From positions 1 through 34,289 of IMG/VR virus record IMGVR_UViG_3300046778_000122: 34,289 nucleotides of DNA; one strand, written 5' to 3'. Numbering within the stretch: position 1 is the first letter of the stretch; each line of letters opens with the position of its first letter. Made by a program: the position numbers and the translations under genes. Positions 8,520 through 14,235 of this stretch are shown piece by piece. The stretch is from a virus. Lineage: Duplodnaviria > Caudoviricetes. Below the pieces are notes generated by a model. It was not told the origin of the DNA. It saw only the letters and a list, made by a program, of their open reading frames with translations, and made no database searches.

Positions 8520-8586
8520 TTTTTAGTCTTAAATTTAATTATTCGGGTTTATTTTTCCCAACCTCGCCAAGTTGCAAACGTTACAG
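8456..8586. repeat. attC-like hairpin site S6
   Basis: GTATAAC actcgt TTGGCAAGATTGGG ... CCCAACCTCGCCAA gttgcaaac GTTACAG. Confidence 0.8.
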
Positions 8587-9474
8587 GAGATTTTGGGAAG
8601 CCACTAACTCGTGTTCTAAAAATCTTTTAGAAGGCATTTTTATTCTTTGGTTTTTTTCTATTTCCATTATTTCAGGTAAACAGTGTTTTTTTATAAACGC
8701 ATTTATTCTGTTTGGAGTAGTATCAAATTTTTCAGCTAATTTCACAGTCGAGAAATGGATTTTAAAATCTTCTAAAAGGGCATTTTTATCAATAACAAGC
8801 TCCATCGCTTGCATAGATAAGCTTATTGTATTTTTCCTGTTTTGGTTCTGTTTTTTATAATTTGATTTTTCCATATTATTATCATCGATATATTTTGAAA
8901 CTGTAAGCCGATGAACTTTTAATATTTTCCCGATGGCGCTTACTGAAAGTCCTAATTTTATATAATTTTTTATTCTCGATTCAAAAGGTTTTAATTTTGA
9001 TACTTCAGGATTGCTTTTTGAGCCTCTAGGTCTGCCTAAAATAACTCCTTCGGCTTTCTTTCTTGCTAATGCCTCTTTTGTCCTTTTAGAAATCATATCT
9101 CTTTCTATTTCCGCAGCTAAAGCAAACGCAAAAGCCAAAACTTTTGACTGAATATTGTCGCCTAATTCATATCCATCTTTTACCGTGTAGACTTTGCATT
9201 CCATCTTCATACAGTGCTCTAAAATTCGCATTACCATAAACAACGAACGTCCTAATCTTGATAATTCAGAAGAGATTATAGTATCTCCTTTTTTTATTTT
9301 TTTTAGAAGCTTTCCAAGCTTTCTTTCTTCCGGCTCTTTTGTTCCTGAAACGCCGTCGTCGATTATCCAACTTTCAATTTCAAAACCTAAATCTTTAGCT
9401 TTTTGAATAACTCCGTGTTTTTGATTTTCAGTATCCTGAACATCTGTGGAAACTCTTAAATATCCGTATATCAT
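8581..9474 (-). CDS. Small serine recombinase (resolvase/invertase family) with extended HTH C-terminus
   Basis: MIYGYLRVST, DDGVSG, SELSRLGRS, AEIERDMISKRTKEAL...GVILGRP; no large-integrase zinc ribbon. Confidence 0.92.
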   Translation of the reverse strand: MIYGYLRVSTDVQDTENQKHGVIQKAKDLGFEIESWIIDDGVSGTKEPEERKLGKLLKKIKKGDTIISSELSRLGRSLFMVMRILEHCMKMECKVYTVKDGYELGDNIQSKVLAFAFALAAEIERDMISKRTKEALARKKAEGVILGRPRGSKSNPEVSKLKPFESRIKNYIKLGLSVSAIGKILKVHRLTVSKYIDDNNMEKSNYKKQNQNRKNTISLSMQAMELVIDKNALLEDFKIHFSTVKLAEKFDTTPNRINAFIKKHCLPEIMEIEKNQRIKMPSKRFLEHELVASQNLL

Positions 9475-9478
9475 AATG

Positions 9479-9736
9479 TTAGTTCTTTAATTGTTTTGGC
9501 TTAACGGTATCGATTTCAGTAGGTAAATCTTTTGCGTCTATTTCTCCTTTGGCAATTAATTTTAAAGCATCCATAGAAATTTTATTGATTTCAATAATAT
9601 TTACAGCTATTTCTCCCATAGCTTTAGCTCGCTTCATTTCTATTCCAAATTGTTCAGGAGAAAGTTCTTCATCATTCAGCCTTTCCATCTGTTCGAAAAG
9701 ATGATTGTTTAAATCTGATAGTTTATTTTTTGCCAT
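9479..9736 (-). CDS. Conserved small phage protein (KNKLSDLNNHLFEQMERL type)
   Basis: Recognisable N-terminal motif; overlaps the upstream gene. Confidence 0.7.
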   Translation of the reverse strand: MAKNKLSDLNNHLFEQMERLNDEELSPEQFGIEMKRAKAMGEIAVNIIEINKISMDALKLIAKGEIDAKDLPTEIDTVKPKQLKN

Positions 9737-10115
9737 TTTTAAGCTTTTTAATTATCCTACTTGTTAATATTTTGGTTCTTTTAGCTTCAATAATTTCAGG
9801 AGTTGAACGCATATTTTTATTAGATTCTCCTTTTAAAGTTTGTTTTAATTTATTCAAAACATATCTATCTGATAGTCTATCACGTTGTTCTTTATCGTTG
9901 TTTTTTTTCCAATCTTTTCGTTCTGTATTTTGGTAATTCAGAATTTTTACTTTGTTTTTTTTATAATGTTCTTTTGCTCGTTGATTTGCATTTTTTTGAG
10001 CACAAGGGATACAATAATTACCTAATCTGTATTTTTGTCTTGATTTAGAAAAATATCTATGGTAATCTTCGATTGGTTTTTCTATTTTACAAATAGGACA
10101 AACTTTACTTTCCAT
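9723..10115 (-). CDS. Basic Zn-finger protein
   Basis: CPIC...CIPC pairs, Lys/Arg rich. Confidence 0.65.
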   Translation of the reverse strand: MESKVCPICKIEKPIEDYHRYFSKSRQKYRLGNYCIPCAQKNANQRAKEHYKKNKVKILNYQNTERKDWKKNNDKEQRDRLSDRYVLNKLKQTLKGESNKNMRSTPEIIEAKRTKILTSRIIKKLKNGKK

Positions 10116-10169
10116 TACTTTAAAATATTAATTGGTAAAATACCTCGTCCTTTGTTCCTTTAAAATTAC

Positions 10170-10394
10170 TCATAATGCTTTCAATTTATTAATTACTAAA
10201 TAATTTCTATTGTCTTCATTCGGTTGCTCTAAAATCTCGATACATTCGGTAATACCTTTTTTGTACTTTTCAATCTTAGATAAAAGCTCTTGATTCCATT
10301 CTTGTTGTTCTTCAAGTTCGGTATGTGGCTCGCGTTCTATTTCCTTGATGTTTGCGGGATGTTTCGGATTGTGTTCGTCGTGAGTGTCTAACAT
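10170..10394 (-). CDS. Hypothetical protein
   Basis: Tightly packed in the leftward operon. Confidence 0.55.
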   Translation of the reverse strand: MLDTHDEHNPKHPANIKEIEREPHTELEEQQEWNQELLSKIEKYKKGITECIEILEQPNEDNRNYLVINKLKAL

Positions 10395-10399
10395 AATTT

Positions 10400-10606
10400 C
10401 TATTGATTAAGTGCAACAATTCTAAAAGCATTTACCATTCGTTCGGTATCTTTAATATAAACATTTCCCATTTTCTTCATCCATTCGTAGAATCTTAGAA
10501 CGTCGGATTCATCTTTTGGCGGATTAATTACGTTTTTCGATAGCGTTACAGCTAAGTTGTGTTCAAAAATTAATTGTTTCATTGCGTGTGATGCGATTGG
10601 TTTCAT
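10400..10606 (-). CDS. Hypothetical protein
   Basis: ATGA overlap with the upstream gene. Confidence 0.55.
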   Translation of the reverse strand: MKPIASHAMKQLIFEHNLAVTLSKNVINPPKDESDVLRFYEWMKKMGNVYIKDTERMVNAFRIVALNQ

Positions 10607-10785
10607 AAAAATTTTTCTTTTAATTTTGTTAATACTAAATCTTGGTGTTCAGCAGGTATTGACCAGAACGAACCCATCCAGTGGTTATAGATTGTTCTTG
10701 CTCCCGTTCCAGTAAGTTCTGATATTTCAGAACAAAATGCTTTTTTAGCTTTTAGCTTTCTGTACAATGTTTTGATTTCTTCCAT
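10603..10785 (-). CDS. Cro-like small HTH protein
   Basis: Likely start MEEIK; EISELTGTGARTIYNHW is HTH-like; first gene after the leftward promoter. Confidence 0.5.
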   Translation of the reverse strand: MEEIKTLYRKLKAKKAFCSEISELTGTGARTIYNHWMGSFWSIPAEHQDLVLTKLKEKFL

Positions 10786-10811
10786 AGTTATTTTAGTTTT
10801 AAATTGTTTAG

Positions 10812-10918
10812 CAAATGTATGAATAATATTTGGATAAATAACCACCACAAGCGTAATTTAGAATCAGAATAAATTAGAGTGGTGGTGGTTATTTATATTG
10901 AAATAATTTGTATATTTG
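10812..10918. promoter_or_regulatory. Divergent promoter pair with 15-bp inverted repeat
   Basis: TACATTTG on - (10812-10819), TATATTTG on + (10911-10918); ATAAATAACCACCAC (10834-10848) / GTGGTGGTTATTTAT (10882-10896). Confidence 0.7.
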
Positions 10919-10951
10919 TTAAAACTTTAAAATTTAACCTAAAACCTAAAA

Positions 10952-10979
10952 CGGTAATAGCGCAAAATTGCTGTTATAG
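10952..10979. repeat. Orphan attC-like half-site (GTTA side)
   Basis: cggtaaTagcgcaaaattgct GTTATAG; invariant T at -15 from GTTA. Confidence 0.5.
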
Positions 10980-11005
10980 TTTGTGGTTTTCAAAACTGAA
11001 TATTT

Positions 11006-11404
11006 ATGCCTTACAAAAAGCAAAGACAAAATGTTTACGATAAATACAAAGGTCATTGTGCTTATTGCGGAAAGCAAATTGCAATAAAAGATATGCAAAT
11101 TGACCACATTATCCCACAATTAAATTACGAATGGATTTTCAAGAATAAAATATTGAAAATGATTCCTGAATTTCTAAATCATTTAACTGAAAAAGATGTA
11201 CATAATATTGACAACCTAAACCCAGCCTGTAGAGTTTGTAATAAATGGAAATCAGCCTATCATTTGGAATTATTTAGAAGCGAAATTCAAGAACAAACTA
11301 AAAGACTTCAATTAAGAAGTTCGAATTATAGAATGGCTAAATTATACGGATTAGTTTCTGAAAGTGATGTGAAAGTAAAATTTCATTTTGAAAACCAAAC
11401 GTAA
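11006..11404 (+). CDS. HNH endonuclease
   Basis: CAYCG, DHIIP, NLNPACRVCNKWK. Confidence 0.88.
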   Translation: MPYKKQRQNVYDKYKGHCAYCGKQIAIKDMQIDHIIPQLNYEWIFKNKILKMIPEFLNHLTEKDVHNIDNLNPACRVCNKWKSAYHLELFRSEIQEQTKRLQLRSSNYRMAKLYGLVSESDVKVKFHFENQT

Positions 11405-11410
11405 TATTGC

Positions 11411-11443
11411 TTGTAACATCCTGTGGCTTTGTCGTCGTTGCCG
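11411..11443. repeat. Orphan attC-like half-site (TAAC side)
   Basis: TTGTAAC atcctgtggctttgtcgtcgttgccg directly after the HNH stop; no partner arm downstream. Confidence 0.5.
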
Positions 11444-11476
11444 AAAAATAAGACCTAATTTTTAAATTTAAAAACA

Positions 11477-11719
11477 ATGAATACAACTGCAACTTCAGAA
11501 CAATTAAGAAAAGCAAAAGAAGATTTTTTAAAAAGAACTGAACCATTTATGAATGAATTAGCAAAATTAGCTCAATTAAAAAAACCTATTTTACAATATG
11601 ATTTGACAACTAATTTTTATTCTTTTAAATTTGAAAAAGACACTAAAGGAGAGGAAAATTTAAAAAAGATAATAAGCGATATTAGAGATGATATTTCGGA
11701 AAATTTAGATATGTATTAA
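11477..11719 (+). CDS. Hypothetical protein
   Basis: 80 aa ORF between the half-site and S7. Confidence 0.6.
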   Translation: MNTTATSEQLRKAKEDFLKRTEPFMNELAKLAQLKKPILQYDLTTNFYSFKFEKDTKGEENLKKIISDIRDDISENLDMY

Positions 11720-11736
11720 GTTGCTCAATAGCTGAC

Positions 11737-11866
11737 GCATAACGGGAAAGATTGTCGTAGTTGGGATAAAAGAAAAACTAATAATTAAATTTAAAACAAA
11801 TAATTCAGATGAAAAACAATGTAAAAATTAAAGACAATACCCAATCACTACAATCGTGTGTTAGTG
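11737..11866. repeat. attC-like hairpin site S7 (inverted relative to the left arm)
   Basis: GCATAAC gggaaa GATTGTCGTAGTTGGG ... CCCAATCACTACAATC gtgt GTTAGTG. Confidence 0.8.
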
Positions 11867-12327
11867 TTTCGGTTACGGATTTAAGAATAGGTAATTGGAT
11901 TATGGATAGAGGAAATAAAGCGTGGCAAATTGATTGCTGGGAACATAGTACAAAAGTAGCATCTAAAGAACCGATTATTGGGATTTGTAATTTTACTAAA
12001 AAACCAATTCACGGACATCCATTAACAGAAGAAGTTAACTTTTTAAAACCAATACCGCTAACAGAAGAGTGGTTATTGAAGTTTGGGTTTAAACAAAAAC
12101 CGATAAATGGGTTTGAGATAAATTATTTTACAGATTGCAAGGAATCAGCAGAGAAAATGGGAATATTAATTAATTTATGCTCTAATAGATGCGCAATACT
12201 TGATACCGATACAGACGAACAAAGTGCTATGACTTCAAAGATAATTTATTATGTTCATCAATTGCAAAACATATACTTCGCTTTGACAGGTTCGGAATTG
12301 CAGATTGGTAATTTAACTGAACACTAA
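11809..12327 (+). CDS. Cassette gene: conserved Bacteroidota phage hypothetical protein
   Basis: DLRIGNW...PIPLTEEWLLKFGF...VHQLQNIYFALTG; starts in the S7 loop, stop in the S8 core. Confidence 0.75.
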   Translation: MKNNVKIKDNTQSLQSCVSVSVTDLRIGNWIMDRGNKAWQIDCWEHSTKVASKEPIIGICNFTKKPIHGHPLTEEVNFLKPIPLTEEWLLKFGFKQKPINGFEINYFTDCKESAEKMGILINLCSNRCAILDTDTDEQSAMTSKIIYYVHQLQNIYFALTGSELQIGNLTEH

Positions 12328-12455
12328 CGATCGGTGCTTTGCGAGGTTTTTCAGCACGAGAAACGAAAGCCTTTCGGAGTAGCAAAAACAAACCAAGTAC
12401 AAAACCAACTTTAAAGTTTGCCTTAAACCCCAATTGCGCCAAACCGCTGTTGTGC
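12322..12455. repeat. Degenerate/hybrid attC-like site S8
   Basis: CACTAAC gatcggtgctttgcg ... caaTtgcgccaaaccgct GTTGTGC; same length class (134 bp), arms pair poorly. Confidence 0.6.
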
Positions 12456-12491
12456 GTTCGGTTTTCTCTTTACAAATTAAAAAATATTATT

Positions 12492-12728
12492 ATGAAATTA
12501 ATTGATAAATTATTACACTGTCCAGACGAAAATGGTTGGACAAATCCAAATATTACTAGGTCTGAAAATTTAGAAAAAATAGCAGAAGATTTCGCTGTTG
12601 AATTTTCAAAATGGTTAAGAAAAAATACTGCTCAAACTAAAGGTGGTTCTTACAAACTTTTTAATGATTTTCAGAAATACAATTTAACCGAATTAGTTCA
12701 AATATTTAAAAACCAAAAAAATATTTAA
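12492..12728 (+). CDS. Hypothetical protein
   Basis: Likely start MKLIDK after an AT-rich leader. Confidence 0.55.
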   Translation: MKLIDKLLHCPDENGWTNPNITRSENLEKIAEDFAVEFSKWLRKNTAQTKGGSYKLFNDFQKYNLTELVQIFKNQKNI

Positions 12729-12730
12729 TT

Positions 12731-12889
12731 ATGAAAATAGAAGACGTTACAAATTTACTCGCAAACAGAATTAACCAACCACATTATGTAAAAGATTGGT
12801 TAGAAAAATTTTACAATCAAGGTTTTCAAGATGCAAAAAAATTAACTTTCGGATTATTACAAATCTTACTGACACAAAACAATTATTAA
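12731..12889 (+). CDS. Small hypothetical protein (52 aa, not in the ORF track)
   Basis: MKIEDVTNLLANRINQPHYVKDWLEKFYNQGFQDAK...; 2 nt after the previous stop. Confidence 0.45.
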   Translation: MKIEDVTNLLANRINQPHYVKDWLEKFYNQGFQDAKKLTFGLLQILLTQNNY

Positions 12890-12901
12890 ATTTAACCTAA
12901 A

Positions 12902-12930
12902 GCCTGAATAGCGGTTAGCGTATGTTACTG
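12902..12930. repeat. Orphan attC-like half-site (GTTA side)
   Basis: GTTACTGGCTGTGTT (12924-12938) complements AACATAGCCAGTAAC (13313-13327) at 14/15. Confidence 0.65.
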
Positions 12931-12954
12931 GCTGTGTTTTTAAAATCAAACATT

Positions 12955-13314
12955 ATGGAATTAAGACAATTGAAAAACCTTTTTGAACAAATGGAATCAG
13001 GAAAAGTATTAGATTACAAATTAAGCGAGCCTTTTTCTTGGAGAGGTATTTATGCTGAATGTGCTTTTGAAATATTAAAAGAAAGTTCTACTAAAAAAGA
13101 AAATTTAGAGCAAATAAAAAAAGCATTGAAAGAAGAATTTGAAGGTTATAAAGGTGGAGATTTTAGATATGATTTAGATACCGAAGTTCATTTTGAAACT
13201 GACTATGGAAGCTATACTGATGGCGGATATAGTAAAAGACTTATTGAAGAAATAAAAAGAGAAAAAGCATACGATTCTTTCGAGGAAGAACTCGTTAATC
13301 TGATATTTCTGTAA
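12955..13314 (+). CDS. Cassette gene: acidic hypothetical protein
   Basis: Likely start MELRQ; PFSWRGIY and FEGYKGGDF motifs. Confidence 0.7.
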   Translation: MELRQLKNLFEQMESGKVLDYKLSEPFSWRGIYAECAFEILKESSTKKENLEQIKKALKEEFEGYKGGDFRYDLDTEVHFETDYGSYTDGGYSKRLIEEIKREKAYDSFEEELVNLIFL

Positions 13315-13320
13315 CATAGC

Positions 13321-13454
13321 CAGTAACGTTATGTAGCCTTGTGCTGGTGGCAAGATTCAAGATCAATGCCAACAAAAACAAAACAATAATTACGACTATC
13401 CGAGTCTTTTCGGACACAAAACCAACTGCCACTAGCTCAAGGCTACTATTATGC
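13321..13454. repeat. attC-like hairpin site S9
   Basis: CAGTAAC gttat GTAGCCTTGTGCTGGTGGCA ... TGCCACTAGCTCAAGGCTAC t ATTATGC (G>A in the core). Confidence 0.8.
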
Positions 13455-13613
13455 CTAGTGCTTTTAAACTACAAATTATGTATTATAAAATTGAAAACAA
13501 AGAATGTGACATTAGTTGAAATTTATCAAAAAAACGAATTTATAACCGTTCCAAATTGCAAAAATTTTGAAGATTTAAAGCAATTATGCAGATTGTTTTT
13601 GTAAATTAGCAGA

Positions 13614-13692
13614 GTCGTAGCACTACCGACAGGAAAATTTAAGTCTTGACAGACCGAGAGCCCCTAACCGATAGTAGTGCATTGGTTGGGGT
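13614..13692 (+). promoter_or_regulatory. Structured 5' leader (two hairpins with complementary loops)
   Basis: GCACTAC (13620-13626) complements GTAGTGC (13674-13680) in the loop of CCCCTAACCGAT/ATTGGTTGGGG. Confidence 0.5.
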
Positions 13693-13709
13693 TTTTAAAT
13701 TTTATTATT

Positions 13710-14183
13710 ATGAGTAAATCAAAAAAAATGTTTCAAGAAATTCAAAACGAATTATTCGAAACGAAAAATCAAGTTTTTGAAGGCGAATTGTCAAATATTG
13801 ACGGTTTAATTAAAATGCGTAAAGCAAAAAAAGAAGCCGAAACTATTTTGGAAATTGTGAAAGATTTTGAAAATGAAAGGCTTTATGAAATCGCAACCGA
13901 GACCGAGGCAAACGATGGCAAATACCACGGTTATGAAATCAAACAGGTAGCAGGTCGTGAATTGTTCAGTTTTAAAAATGTACCTCAAATTGTCGAATTG
14001 GATTCTAATAAAAAAACACTGGAAGACAAATTTAAAACAGCATTTAAAGGCGTAATTAAAGGCGTTGTTCAAACTACGTTAATTGATGGGGTTACGCATT
14101 GGATTGACGAAAACGGAGAAGTTCAACCGCTTCCTGAACTAAATATCGGAAAGTCTTTTTTAACTGTAAAAGAACCGAAATAA
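13710..14183 (+). CDS. Hypothetical replication/recombination-module protein
   Basis: Likely start MSKSKK; directly upstream of the SSB-like gene. Confidence 0.7.
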   Translation: MSKSKKMFQEIQNELFETKNQVFEGELSNIDGLIKMRKAKKEAETILEIVKDFENERLYEIATETEANDGKYHGYEIKQVAGRELFSFKNVPQIVELDSNKKTLEDKFKTAFKGVIKGVVQTTLIDGVTHWIDENGEVQPLPELNIGKSFLTVKEPK

Positions 14184-14215
14184 AAGGGTAAGGACTTCGC
14201 CCTTTCTTGAAGTCC
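14183..14215 (+). promoter_or_regulatory. H-type RNA pseudoknot candidate
   Basis: GGGT (14186-14189)/GCCC (14199-14202) crossed by GGACTTC (14192-14198)/GAAGTCC (14209-14215). Confidence 0.55.
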
Positions 14216-14235
14216 GATAAATAAATATATAAATT

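Noticed and set aside
8581-9474. Large serine integrase implying lysogeny
   Set aside because: Only 297 aa, with no recombinase/zinc-ribbon domains; resolvase/invertase type.
9471-9490. GTTAGTT at 9478 as another cassette site
   Set aside because: It is only the stop of 9479-9736; there is no stem or room for a hairpin before the recombinase ATG.
4889-13454. Repeated elements as a CRISPR array or as simple terminators
   Set aside because: The repeats are not identical, the 'spacers' are whole genes, the loops are tens of nt with no U-tract, and terminators would not explain cassette-specific end complementarity.
13341-13604. 87-aa ORF from GTG 13341 (also the 12339, 7036, 7086, 7565, 7575 and 8364 ORF calls)
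   Set aside because: They mostly translate hairpin sites or antisense strands; 13478 onward looks like a broken cassette remnant (MYYKIENKECDIS*).
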